A DNA stretch of 64,000 nucleotides from Bacteroidales bacterium (GTDB taxonomy: Bacteria > Bacteroidota > Bacteroidia > Bacteroidales > VadinHA17): contig JADGPU010000005.1 of assembly GCA_017882305.1 (NCBI GenBank), forward strand, positions 3,797 to 67,796, read 5' to 3'. Numbering within the stretch: the first letter of the stretch is position 1; each line of letters starts with the position of its first letter. Position numbers and translations under genes: made by a program. This document shows positions 10,071 to 19,622 of this stretch, piece after piece. The notes beneath the pieces were generated by a model. That model was not told the origin of the DNA. It did not search any database and saw only the letters and a list, made by a program, of their open reading frames with translations.

Positions 10071-10140
10071 TTGAAATAGTTGACATGTTTAAGAATTGAA
10101 AAAATTGAAATAGTGGAAAGAGTGGAAAGAGTTGAAATAA
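10062..10140 (+). repeat. 9-mer array TKGAAAKAG filling the whole spacer between two genes
   Basis: CTGAAATAG TTGAAATAG (16 nt) TTGAAAAAA TTGAAATAG TGGAAAGAG TGGAAAGAG TTGAAATAA. The first unit contains the upstream stop and the last runs into the ATG at 10140. Confidence 0.85.
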
Positions 10141-10715
10141 TGGATGAAAAGCAATTATTGATAGATCTGTCAAAACTTACTGACGGAGAACGCATTGAGA
10201 TGAAAAAACTTGGGATCTTATCTGATGATAATAAAATTATTGAATCAGTTTATCCTTCAGTTCATAACGACCGGCCTCCGATTGAAAAACATTTGGTGCA
10301 TGCTCCCCAGGTAATTAACGAAGCTTATGATTATCAGAAACCTTCATCCTTTTCCAGGGCATTGCGTCTTGATTTCGGTGGGCATAAAGTACTTCTCATC
10401 TCAGGAACAGCAAGTGTGAATGAAGAAGGCAAAGCAGAGCACGTTGGTGATTTTAAGGCACAGCTCTGGAGAACATACGTCAATATCACAAATCTTCTTG
10501 AAGCTGAAGGCATGACCTGGCATGATGTAGTTAGGACAACAAACTATCTGAGGGATATTGAAAGGGATTATGCAGAATTTAACAAAATACGAACTTCCTT
10601 TTATCAGTGGATGAATCTTGATCCTTTGCCTGCCAGTACCGGAATTCAGGCACGGCTTTGCTGGGAAACTCTCCTTGTTGAAATTGAAGTGTATGCCATC
10701 TGTAAATCAAATTAA
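10140..10715 (+). CDS. RidA/YjgF/L-PSP-family protein with about 65 aa N-terminal extension
   Basis: Start moved to ATG 10140; the track ORF begins at a TTG inside the 9-mer repeat. Core VLLISGTASVNEEGKAEHVGDFKAQLWRTYVNITNLLEAEGMTWHDVVRTTNYLRD is RidA-like. No signal peptide. Confidence 0.7.
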   Translation: MDEKQLLIDLSKLTDGERIEMKKLGILSDDNKIIESVYPSVHNDRPPIEKHLVHAPQVINEAYDYQKPSSFSRALRLDFGGHKVLLISGTASVNEEGKAEHVGDFKAQLWRTYVNITNLLEAEGMTWHDVVRTTNYLRDIERDYAEFNKIRTSFYQWMNLDPLPASTGIQARLCWETLLVEIEVYAICKSN

Positions 10716-10725
10716 AATCAAGATC

Positions 10726-12036
10726 ATGAAACTTAATTGCAGAACATTATTAATTCTTGTACTTATTCTGAGTTCCATTACAAATTTATCTGGCCAGGAT
10801 AAGAAACAAAACTATGGTAAGGCTCCTGATGAAATTTTCCCATATGATAAGTATGCAAAACCATATAAATATCATTTTCTGATACCTCTGGAATTTTATG
10901 GAGCAGGCCGCGAGTTAAAACCTCCGGTAAATCTTAAGGAAGTACGCATAGGTTTTCTTGGACCATTAAGTGGTTCTATAATGGTCACGCAGGGTAAACA
11001 GATGTTGCAGGGAGCTACACTGGCAATGGAAGAGGCAAACAAGCATGGAGGATATAAAGGACTTCCCTTTAAGCTGATGATACATAATGATGTCGGGCAG
11101 TGGGGTGCTGCAGCCAACGAAGTAGTCAAAATGGATGACGAGAAGGTATGGGCATTTTTAGGGTCAATTGATGATATTGTTTCGCACGTAGCCTTGCGAG
11201 CAGCATTAAAACTTGAGATTTTCATGGTGTGTACAGGGGACCCTGATCCTACTTTTACGGAAACAAACATACCCTGGACACTCCGCGTTATCAGTGATGA
11301 TCGTCAGGGCATTTATGCATTAATCAACCAGATTTATAAGAAAGATGGTCACTCCAGGGTAGCAATTATCAGAACCGGAGCCCGGTATGGTCGGGTTGCA
11401 TTCAAGATTTTTTCGGAAAATGCCACACGTGTTGGTCACCCTGTAATTATTGAAGAGAGATTCACTGATGGGGAAACAGATTTTAAAACCCAGCTGGAAA
11501 GAATCATGGTAACAAATCCGGATGCGATACTCATATGGGGGAATGCCAAAGAATCTGCACTTATTTTACAACAGGCGAGGTTGATAGGATTAAAGCAACC
11601 TATCTATGGTTCTGACAGGATGGTTAATCCTGAGTTCCTTAAAATTGCAGGAAATCTGGCTGATGGCATGGTAACAACCTGTCAGTATAACCCTGATAGC
11701 GATAACCCAAAGCTAAAAGCATTTAAAACCAATTATCTGAAAAGATTTGGTCAGGAACCGGATGTATTTGCTGCACATGCTTATGATGGTATGAACCTAC
11801 TTATTGAAGCTATTAATAAGGCGGGCCTGAACCGTGTACTTATCCGCGATTTACTCACCGACCGGAAAACTTTTCAGGGTTATCCGGGGGTTACAGGTAA
11901 CATCGAATTAGATGGGAGCTGGAATGAAATACGAGACATATTTATGGCTAAAGTAAATAAAGGAAAGTTTGAGTTTACAGCGGCCCCTCCTTTGGATATG
12001 AAACAGAAAACAGGCAGTTCAACAGGATATTATTAA
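10726..12036 (+). CDS. Exported type-1 periplasmic binding protein (Leu/Ile/Val-binding-like), no cognate permease or ATPase nearby
   Basis: Start moved to ATG 10726 (MKLNCRTLLILVLILSSITNLSG signal peptide). IGFLGPLSG..GA.LA.EEAN, AHAYDGMNLLIEAINKAG and F.GVTGNIELD are typical of this family. Confidence 0.75.
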   Translation: MKLNCRTLLILVLILSSITNLSGQDKKQNYGKAPDEIFPYDKYAKPYKYHFLIPLEFYGAGRELKPPVNLKEVRIGFLGPLSGSIMVTQGKQMLQGATLAMEEANKHGGYKGLPFKLMIHNDVGQWGAAANEVVKMDDEKVWAFLGSIDDIVSHVALRAALKLEIFMVCTGDPDPTFTETNIPWTLRVISDDRQGIYALINQIYKKDGHSRVAIIRTGARYGRVAFKIFSENATRVGHPVIIEERFTDGETDFKTQLERIMVTNPDAILIWGNAKESALILQQARLIGLKQPIYGSDRMVNPEFLKIAGNLADGMVTTCQYNPDSDNPKLKAFKTNYLKRFGQEPDVFAAHAYDGMNLLIEAINKAGLNRVLIRDLLTDRKTFQGYPGVTGNIELDGSWNEIRDIFMAKVNKGKFEFTAAPPLDMKQKTGSSTGYY

Positions 12037-12052
12037 TCTGAAAAGGAAATAG

Positions 12053-12937
12053 ATGATGGAAACAAATCCATGCAATAAACCCATAAACGGCGAATCTTCC
12101 ATTCCATCAAGAGTGAGTCGAAAGACAAAACCCGATGACACAATAGTGAATGTTAATGGAGTTAAGGTAGGGGGTTCTGAAATTGTGATTATTGCGGGAC
12201 CATGTGCCGTTGAGAGCCATGAACAGCTGTTCGAAACTGCCAGATCAGTAAAGGCAGGCGGGGCAAGGATTTTAAGAGGTGGAGCTTTCAAACCACGCTC
12301 TTCGCCGTATAACTTTCAGGGACTGGGAGAAGAAGGGCTGAAACTTCTTGGTATTATAAGAGTTGAGACAGGTATGCCTGTTGTCACAGAGGTAATGGAT
12401 ACCCGGCAGGTTGAACTCGTGGCTTCATATGCTGATATGATACAGATCGGTTCACGCAATATGCAAAACTATCCGCTTCTTAAGGAGGCGGGTTTGTGCC
12501 GGAAACCGGTTTTGCTGAAGCGGGGTATGATGGCAACTATCGAAGAGTATTTAATGGCAGCTGAATATATCCTAACTCAGGGCAACGAACAGGTTATTCT
12601 ATGTGAGCGGGGTATTCGTACTTTTGAAACATCCACCAGAAATACACTCGATCTGAGCGCCGTTCCTATGTTGAAACGGCTCACTCATCTTCCTGTAATC
12701 GTTGATCCAAGTCACGGAACTGGTCTAAGGTGGATGGTGCCTGCAATGGCAAAGGCTGCTGTAGCTGTAGGTGCAGACGGTCTCATAATGGAGGTTCATT
12801 ATAAACCTGAAGAGGCAATTTGTGACGGTTACCAATCACTTAATCTGGATGAATTCGGACAATTGATGTCGGATCTGAAAAAAATAGCCGTTGCAGTCGG
12901 AAGAAACATTTCACTACAAAAACCTGCTACAGTCTAA
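12053..12937 (+). CDS. aroF: 3-deoxy-7-phosphoheptulonate (DAHP) synthase, type I-beta, with no fused chorismate mutase or ACT domain
   Basis: [70 protein letters not shown]. Confidence 0.9.
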   Translation: MMETNPCNKPINGESSIPSRVSRKTKPDDTIVNVNGVKVGGSEIVIIAGPCAVESHEQLFETARSVKAGGARILRGGAFKPRSSPYNFQGLGEEGLKLLGIIRVETGMPVVTEVMDTRQVELVASYADMIQIGSRNMQNYPLLKEAGLCRKPVLLKRGMMATIEEYLMAAEYILTQGNEQVILCERGIRTFETSTRNTLDLSAVPMLKRLTHLPVIVDPSHGTGLRWMVPAMAKAAVAVGADGLIMEVHYKPEEAICDGYQSLNLDEFGQLMSDLKKIAVAVGRNISLQKPATV

Positions 12938-12956
12938 TTGCAGATTGTATCATTTG

Positions 12957-14081
12957 ATGAGATTACTGAAACTATTATTACCGGTATGCTCCGTATTAGT
13001 ACTTCTTGTACTTATTACCAGGGATGTGCATGCCATCCAAAAACCTGATGGGTCAGGAACGACGATAAAAATCGGGCTGTTAATCTCTGAAAATAACTCC
13101 CTGGCTGCAAGACACGGTGCTGAAATGGCTATCCTGAAAGCCAATGAAAAGGGAGGGTTAAATGGCAAGCCTTTCCAGTTGGTTGTGCGTTCTATGGAGG
13201 GTCCATGGGGAACTGGCTCAAAGGAAGCAGTAAACCTTATATTTGAAGAAAATGTTTGTGCGATATTGGGTTCTCATGATGGAAGAAATGCCCATCTTGT
13301 TGAACAGGTTACCACCAAAGCACGGATAGTTTTTTTGTCTGCCTGGGCAAGTGACCCTACTCTTTCTCAGGCTTTTGTACCCTGGTATTTCAGCTGTGTA
13401 CCAACCGATCTTCAGCAGGCTGATGCATTAATTGAAGAAATTTACAATAAAAGAAAAATTGGAAAAATAGCAGCTGTTTCAGATAATAGTTACGATTCTA
13501 AACTTGCACTGGAAAGCTACATTAAAAGAACAAAACTAGCTGGCAAAGAAAGTCCATTGCAGTTATTCTATGATAATCCGACACTAGACTTTAATAGTAT
13601 AATTGATCAGATCAGTAAAGCTGGCGTCAGAGGTATTATTCTGTTTGTGAAACCATCAGCTGCATCGAGATTCATTCAGCAATTTGAACAAAGGAAAATG
13701 AATCAACCGGTTTTTGGTACCTTATCTCTTCTAAATGAAGACGAATCTTCAGATCGTGACCTTAAATATTATGAGAATATCGTATCAGTTTCTTTCGGAA
13801 ACATGTCGGGGTCAAAGAGTTTAGCCTTCCGGGAAGAGTTTCAGAAAACCTATAGTCAATTACCAGGTGCAGTTGCAGCATATTCCTTCGATGGCATGAG
13901 TTTACTTATTGATGCAATCAGAAATGCCGGACCTGATCGTGAAAAGATACAAAAAGCCCTGGCAAAAATACATTTTGAAGGCGTCACTGGAGCGATTCAG
14001 TTTGATGATAAAGGAAAACGAATGGGTACTCCCGGTATGATGGAAATAAAAAACGGCATTCCGGTTGCGGTTGAAAGATAA
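12957..14081 (+). CDS. Exported type-1 periplasmic binding protein, paralogue of 10726-12036
   Basis: Start moved to ATG 12957 (MRLLKLLLPVCSVLVLLVLI signal). IGLLISENNSLAARHGAEMAILKANEKGG, AYSFDGMSLLIDAIRNAG, FEGVTGAIQFD. Confidence 0.75.
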   Translation: MRLLKLLLPVCSVLVLLVLITRDVHAIQKPDGSGTTIKIGLLISENNSLAARHGAEMAILKANEKGGLNGKPFQLVVRSMEGPWGTGSKEAVNLIFEENVCAILGSHDGRNAHLVEQVTTKARIVFLSAWASDPTLSQAFVPWYFSCVPTDLQQADALIEEIYNKRKIGKIAAVSDNSYDSKLALESYIKRTKLAGKESPLQLFYDNPTLDFNSIIDQISKAGVRGIILFVKPSAASRFIQQFEQRKMNQPVFGTLSLLNEDESSDRDLKYYENIVSVSFGNMSGSKSLAFREEFQKTYSQLPGAVAAYSFDGMSLLIDAIRNAGPDREKIQKALAKIHFEGVTGAIQFDDKGKRMGTPGMMEIKNGIPVAVER

Positions 14082-14148
14082 AACTACGGTTTAAGTGGCT
14101 TTTATTTCTTAATTTTGATGTAATGAACCTTCCCGAAAAAATTCACTT

Positions 14149-17100
14149 ATGATGAAGAATATTAACATTTTCTTACTGATTGTCCTCTGCTCCTCTTTTC
14201 TGTTTAGTTGTAAGGAAACTGCAAAAGACACCAAGCAAAAATCAATTGAATTAATGACAACCCAAACCATGGGTCTTGCATATCTGGAAGAGTTTAAACT
14301 TGACGAAGCTGAAAAAGAATTTTTAAAATTCATCAAACTCGCACCCCATGAAAAACTTGGATATGCTAACCTGGGATTGGCATACTTAAGAATGGGTAAA
14401 TATCCTGAAGCAAAAAAACAGCTGTTTGAAGCTATTAAGATTGAGCCTAAAGATCCTGATATAAGGTTACTGCTGGCAACAGTTTACCAGATGAATGACG
14501 AACGTGAAAAAGCCATTTCGGAACTCAAAGAGGCTCTAAAATTTGCCCCGGACCATATTAAAATACTATATGATCTGACAGAATTATATTCTGCAGGATC
14601 AGATGAGGAATCTCAACAACAACGAAAGAATTTCCTGCTTCAAATGGTTGAAAAAGCTCCGGGAAATCTTGTCCCACGACTTAGTCTTACCGAGATATAC
14701 ATCCATAACGGAGAGACCGATAAAGCGACGGAACAGTTGGAAATTATTCATAAACAATTTCCGGAATTTCCGAAGGAAGCTATCGATTATTACAATAAAA
14801 CCCTCTCATTACTGAAAAAACCGGATAAGGAAAATGCGATTATTCAATTCACAATTTTCCATAATTATCTTAAGGTCACCTCACCATATCAGGCAGGTAT
14901 TATGGACCTAAAAGGGCCGGGCGGGTCGTTGATTGGTTTTCCTCTTATTACTTATGATCAGCAGCCTACTTCTTCATCAGGCGAAAATAAATCAATCCTT
15001 GATGCAATTAAATTTACCGACGCTACAGCATCTGCCGGTTTAAATATTGTCCCGGCTAACATTGATGATAAGAATACAGAATTCCGATATTCCACCCATG
15101 TGGAAGCAGCAGATTATGATAGTGATGGAGATGTGGATCTCTATGTGGGAAGCTACGATCAGGCAGCCTCAACCTATAAGCATTACCTCCTTAATAATGA
15201 AATGGGCAGGTTTAAAGATGTTTCAGAAGAAGCCGGAATAAAACATTCTGGTAAGGAATCATCGGCGACATTTGCCGATTATGACAACGATGGATTTCTC
15301 GACCTTTATATAGTGAAGGAAGGTGGAGACATATTATACAGAAATGCCGGGAAAGGAGTTTTTGAAGATGTCACCAACAAAGCACAGATTGGCAGCAAAA
15401 CAGGGGGAAACAAAGCTTTATTCTTCGATATGGATCATGACGGAGATCTTGACTTATATGAAACAAGGTCAAATTCAAATCTGATGTTCCGGAACAATGG
15501 TGATGGCACTTTTCAGGAGCAGGCAGAAAAAATGGGATTGTCGTGTAAGAATGCAAATAGCCGTGAAGCAGCTTTTGGCGATTTTGATGACGACGGTGAC
15601 ATTGACCTGTTTGTAGCAAATGAGAATGCCGGCAATAACTTATTTTCAAATCAACGACAGGGATTTTATAAGGATATTACTGAAGAAAGCGGACTTAGAA
15701 GTAACGGAGGTTCCGGTGCAGTAGCCGTGGGAGATTACAATAATGACGGATTTCTTGACCTCTTCATTTCATCAATTAATGGAGGTGACCATGAACTATT
15801 CCGGAATAAGGGTAATGGCAGTTTTGAACCGGTAAAGAATTCAAAAGAGATGTTCTCTGCAATGCAACACATTAAAGCTTATGATGCCAGGTTTTTTGAT
15901 TTTGACAATGATGGATTCCAGGATCTTATTATAGCAGGTGAATCTGAAGAAAAAGGTGGTCGCGGTATATTTCTTTATCATAATGACGGGAAAGGAAATT
16001 TTGAAGATGTATCCAGACTTTTGCCTGAAGAGCCCAAATCAGGGAGACAAATAACTTTATTTGATTATAATGATGACGGTGATCTGGATATGGTGATTGC
16101 CGGTTTACACGGAGGTATTACTCTTTTACGAAATGATGGCGGCAATAATAACCATTATGTAAAGATGAAACTTGTAGGCTTAAGAGCCGGAAGTGCTAAG
16201 AATAATCATTTTGGGATTGGGGCAAAAGTTGAAATGCGCGCAGGTGATCTTTACCAGACGTTAGTGGTAACTGACCAGAATATACATTTCGGGTTGGGAA
16301 ACCGGTCAAAAGCTGATGTAATAAGAATCACCTGGACAAATGGGGTGCCGCAGAATATATTTTCACCTGGTACCGATCAGGCGCTGATTGAGGCACAGAC
16401 ACTGAAAGGATCATGTCCGTTTCTCTTCACATGGAATGGAAATGAATTTGTATTTGTAAAGGATGTAATGTGGAGAAGTGCACTCGGTATGCCACTGGGA
16501 ATTATGGGAGGCAATACTGCATACGCATTCCCTGATGCATCTGATGATTATATAAAAATTCCCGGTGACTTATTGAAACCCAGGAAAGGACTATATTCTG
16601 TTCAGCTGACATCAGAACTATGGGAGACAATGTTCTTCGATAAGGTACAACTTGTTGCTGTAGATCATCCTGATTCAGTTGATATTTTCGTTCCTGAACA
16701 GTTTTCTCCACCACCTTTCCCCGGCAATAAGCTATTCCAGGTTAAAGAAAAACATATCCCGGTAACTGCAAAGGATTCACAGGGAAATGACGTTCTTTCT
16801 TTCATTGTTCTGAAAGATGATAAGTACCTGGCTGATTTCAAACCTGATAAATACCAGGGAGTTACAGAAATGCATGACCTGATTCTTGATCCGGGTGAGG
16901 TGGGTAAAAGTAAAAATTTGTTCCTGTTTTTGAATGGCTGGATATTTCCGACTGATGCCAGTATTAATGTTGCTATCGCACAATCCTCCGGTTTGAAAGT
17001 GATCCGTCCCTTTGTACAGGTAATTAATAGTAAGGGTGAATGGGAAACAGTTATTGATAATCTGGGCTTTCCTATGGGAAAGGATAAAACAGTAATTGCT

Positions 17101-17709
17101 GATCTTTCAGCCAAATTCCTGTCGGGGGATCACAGGATCAGGATCAGGACAAATATGGAGATTTACTGGGATTATATCTTCTTTTCAGATAATATTTCAA
17201 ACGGTCCGGTCATTTCAACTGTACTTAATCCTGTATCCGCTGATTTGCATTACAGGGGATTTTCACACAGCTACAGAAAAGGCGGACGATATGGACCTCA
17301 TTGGTTTGAATATTCAAATGTTGATAAGAGTAAGAAATGGCGCGATTTGTCAGGGAATTATACACGCTATGGTGATGTATTGCCGCTCCTTACTGAATCG
17401 GATAACAAATATATTATATCAAATGCAGGTGATGAAACATCGATTGAGTTTGATTCTAAAATATTACCGGAATTAAAGAGTGGATGGAAAAGAGATTTTC
17501 TTATTCATAGCGTAGGCTGGGTGAAGGATGGCGATATAAACACGGCTCTCGGAAGCACAGTTTTACCGCTTCCGTTCCATGGAATGAAAAGTTATCCTCC
17601 TGCTGAAAATGAGATATATCCTAAAGATGCTGAACACCAGGAGTATCTTAAAGAATATAATACCAGAGTAGTAACGTCAGAGGATTTTCGTAATGCAATA
17701 AAAAAATAG
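14149..17709 (+). CDS. 1186-aa lipoprotein: N-terminal TPR repeats, FG-GAP/VCBS repeats, ASPIC/UnbV domain and about 430 aa of uncharacterised C-terminal region
   Basis: Lipobox FLFSC. TPR-like YANLGLAYLRMGKYPEAKKQLFEAIKIEPKD. Units DYDSDGDVDLYV, DYDNDGFLDLYI, DMDHDGDLDLY, DFDDDGDIDLFV, DYNNDGFLDLFI. HFGIGAKVEM..HFGLG. No motif recognised after GSCPFLFTWNGNEF. Confidence 0.8.
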   Translation: MMKNINIFLLIVLCSSFLFSCKETAKDTKQKSIELMTTQTMGLAYLEEFKLDEAEKEFLKFIKLAPHEKLGYANLGLAYLRMGKYPEAKKQLFEAIKIEPKDPDIRLLLATVYQMNDEREKAISELKEALKFAPDHIKILYDLTELYSAGSDEESQQQRKNFLLQMVEKAPGNLVPRLSLTEIYIHNGETDKATEQLEIIHKQFPEFPKEAIDYYNKTLSLLKKPDKENAIIQFTIFHNYLKVTSPYQAGIMDLKGPGGSLIGFPLITYDQQPTSSSGENKSILDAIKFTDATASAGLNIVPANIDDKNTEFRYSTHVEAADYDSDGDVDLYVGSYDQAASTYKHYLLNNEMGRFKDVSEEAGIKHSGKESSATFADYDNDGFLDLYIVKEGGDILYRNAGKGVFEDVTNKAQIGSKTGGNKALFFDMDHDGDLDLYETRSNSNLMFRNNGDGTFQEQAEKMGLSCKNANSREAAFGDFDDDGDIDLFVANENAGNNLFSNQRQGFYKDITEESGLRSNGGSGAVAVGDYNNDGFLDLFISSINGGDHELFRNKGNGSFEPVKNSKEMFSAMQHIKAYDARFFDFDNDGFQDLIIAGESEEKGGRGIFLYHNDGKGNFEDVSRLLPEEPKSGRQITLFDYNDDGDLDMVIAGLHGGITLLRNDGGNNNHYVKMKLVGLRAGSAKNNHFGIGAKVEMRAGDLYQTLVVTDQNIHFGLGNRSKADVIRITWTNGVPQNIFSPGTDQALIEAQTLKGSCPFLFTWNGNEFVFVKDVMWRSALGMPLGIMGGNTAYAFPDASDDYIKIPGDLLKPRKGLYSVQLTSELWETMFFDKVQLVAVDHPDSVDIFVPEQFSPPPFPGNKLFQVKEKHIPVTAKDSQGNDVLSFIVLKDDKYLADFKPDKYQGVTEMHDLILDPGEVGKSKNLFLFLNGWIFPTDASINVAIAQSSGLKVIRPFVQVINSKGEWETVIDNLGFPMGKDKTVIADLSAKFLSGDHRIRIRTNMEIYWDYIFFSDNISNGPVISTVLNPVSADLHYRGFSHSYRKGGRYGPHWFEYSNVDKSKKWRDLSGNYTRYGDVLPLLTESDNKYIISNAGDETSIEFDSKILPELKSGWKRDFLIHSVGWVKDGDINTALGSTVLPLPFHGMKSYPPAENEIYPKDAEHQEYLKEYNTRVVTSEDFRNAIKK

Positions 17710-17728
17710 TGATTGGAAATCCATTAGC

Positions 17729-17809
17729 TGCAAAGAACGCAAAGTTAAAAATCAGGTAATCATTTCTTTGCGACCTTCGGTTTTAAATCTTTGCGAACTT
17801 TGCGGTTAA
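17729..17809. repeat. CGCAAAG / CTTTGCG word element (copy 1)
   Basis: TGCAAAGAACGCAAAGTTAA .. CTTTGCGACCTTCGG .. CTTTGCGAACTTTGCGGTTAA. The outer arms are 13/15 complementary. Confidence 0.75.
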
Positions 17810-17861
17810 ATAGTTTTCTTAAATCAAAAACTTGATTTAAAATAAAAGAGATACCAAATAA

Positions 17862-19529
17862 ATGATGAAAATGACGTTTACAGGTTTTTTATTTCTCCTG
17901 TTATTGATGTTTGTGACTATTGAATCATCAGCACAGAAAAATAATATAGTATTTACAGATATAACAAAAAAGGCTGGAATTACTTTCAAATATACCTTCG
18001 GAGACGACTCATACAAGAATATAATCGAGAGCAGCGGGTCAGGTATTACAATTTTTGATTATAACAACGATGGGTTAATGGATCTGTACCTTATGAACGG
18101 AACATACCTTGAAGGCATATCTGATCCTGATGGGAAAGTGTATAAAAATTCACATAACGAACTATATAGAAATAACGGCAATGGATCTTTTACGGAGGTT
18201 TCTGCAGTTGCCGGCGTAGGTGGTCACCAATGGAGCATGGCTGCGGGTGCGATTGATCTCGACAACGATGGTTATCAGGATCTTTATGTATTGAATTTTG
18301 GCCCAAATGTTTTCTATCATAACAACGGTAACGGAACATTCAAAGACATTACAACTTCATTAGGTCTTAGCGGACCTGATAAGTTAAATGGGTTTACAAA
18401 GTGGAGCATTGGAGTCTCATTCTGGGACTTTAATATTGATGGAAGACTTGATGCAATGGTCGGCAACTTTCTGGCATTTGACCCGGCATATGTTTCTCCG
18501 TCAGCACCAAATATGATGCCAAGTCCTACAGAGTATAATGGTCAGGCATCAATGCTGTATGAGCAGCAACCGGATGGAAAATTTGTTGATGTCACAAAAA
18601 AAAATAATCTATACTATCCTGATTCAAAATGCATGGGATTAACAGTATTCGATTATAATGATGACGGCAATCTTGATATCTTTCAGGCAAATGATCATCA
18701 GCTGAATTTCCTTTTCAGAAATGACAACGGAATTTATAAGGAAGTTGCCGTGGAAAGTGGGGTGGCTGCAAATAGTCAGGGAAAAGGAACAGGCTCTATG
18801 CATGGATCAATTGGTGATGTTGATGGAGATGGATTGATTGATATCCTTGTTTCAGACCTTGATTACGGAGCTCTTTATAAAAATATGGGTAATGGTTTGT
18901 TTGTTGATATAACTGAGGAAAGTGGTGTTGCAGCTGCTATGGCAGGTAAGAGCAGCTGGGGTGCACAGTTTTTTGATTATGACAACGACGGGGACCTCGA
19001 TATAGTTGCTGCAAATGGAACTGCTGAGGAACTAATACTTCAATATCCTTTATTGCTAGAAAATGATGGGAAAGGGCATTTTAAGAATGTCGGAAAAGAC
19101 CATGGTGCTTATTTCTCAACCAAACGTTCAGGCCGGAGTTTAGCTGTATGGGATTTTGACAATGACGGAGACCTCGATATTATTATTTCTCATCTGGACA
19201 AGAATGGAACACCGGTTCTCCTGAGAAATGATGCGGGAAACAGCAATCATTGGCTTGGATTGACACTTAAAGGGAAGAACGGACCAGCATCTGCAATAGG
19301 GGCAAAAGTGACTATTACATATGGTGGAAAAAAGCAGGTTATGGTAAATCAATGGGCAACAAGCTATCTCTCCAACAATGATCCGAGGATACATTTCGGA
19401 CTGGGTCAGCAAAAACAGATCGACCTTCTTGAGGTCAACTGGTCGGATGGGAATAAGGAAGTATATAAAAATATTGATTGCAACCGTTATATAACAATAT
19501 TAGAGGGAACAGGGATTGTAACAAAATAA
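17862..19529 (+). CDS. Exported FG-GAP/VCBS + ASPIC/UnbV (CRTAC1-like) protein, third paralogue
   Basis: Signal peptide. DYNNDGLMDLYL, DLDNDGYQDLYV, DYNDDGNLDIF, DYDNDGDLDIV, DFDNDGDLDIII. AIGAKVTI..YLSNNDPRIHFGLG. Confidence 0.85.
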   Translation: MMKMTFTGFLFLLLLMFVTIESSAQKNNIVFTDITKKAGITFKYTFGDDSYKNIIESSGSGITIFDYNNDGLMDLYLMNGTYLEGISDPDGKVYKNSHNELYRNNGNGSFTEVSAVAGVGGHQWSMAAGAIDLDNDGYQDLYVLNFGPNVFYHNNGNGTFKDITTSLGLSGPDKLNGFTKWSIGVSFWDFNIDGRLDAMVGNFLAFDPAYVSPSAPNMMPSPTEYNGQASMLYEQQPDGKFVDVTKKNNLYYPDSKCMGLTVFDYNDDGNLDIFQANDHQLNFLFRNDNGIYKEVAVESGVAANSQGKGTGSMHGSIGDVDGDGLIDILVSDLDYGALYKNMGNGLFVDITEESGVAAAMAGKSSWGAQFFDYDNDGDLDIVAANGTAEELILQYPLLLENDGKGHFKNVGKDHGAYFSTKRSGRSLAVWDFDNDGDLDIIISHLDKNGTPVLLRNDAGNSNHWLGLTLKGKNGPASAIGAKVTITYGGKKQVMVNQWATSYLSNNDPRIHFGLGQQKQIDLLEVNWSDGNKEVYKNIDCNRYITILEGTGIVTK

Positions 19530-19537
19530 TATAGCAT

Positions 19538-19580
19538 GTAGATACGCCCAAGTAGAGACGCCCAAGTTGGGCGTCTCTAC
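19538..19580 (+). terminator. 29-nt perfect palindrome preceded by a tandem copy of its left arm
   Basis: GTAGATACGCCCAA + GTAGAGACGCCCAAGTTGGGCGTCTCTAC (14-bp stem), 9 nt after the CRTAC1-like stop. No U-tract follows. Confidence 0.45.
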
Positions 19581-19622
19581 AACAAACAATTTGAAATCAA
19601 TAAAATTTTAAAAACCAATTAT

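Noticed and set aside
10080-10139. N-terminal extensions of several track ORFs: 10080, 5375, 10618, 12891, 20863, 23351, 52747, 53606, 54600, 56661 and 59716.
   Set aside because: The extensions start at TTG or other alternative codons, or run through repeats, terminator stems or the upstream gene. Internal ATGs give proper signal peptides or tight, overlapping gene junctions, so the starts were trimmed.
10140-10715. FkbO/Hyg5-type chorismatase, which would pair attractively with the DAHP synthase.
   Set aside because: The protein has only one RidA-like domain (about 125 aa plus an N-terminal extension), whereas chorismatases are roughly twice that size. Called only as RidA-family.
12053-12937. 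Possible KDO-8-phosphate synthase instead of DAHP synthase (same fold family).
   Set aside because: The motifs [20 protein letters not shown] and [16 protein letters not shown] match the type I-beta DAHP synthase pattern rather than KdsA.
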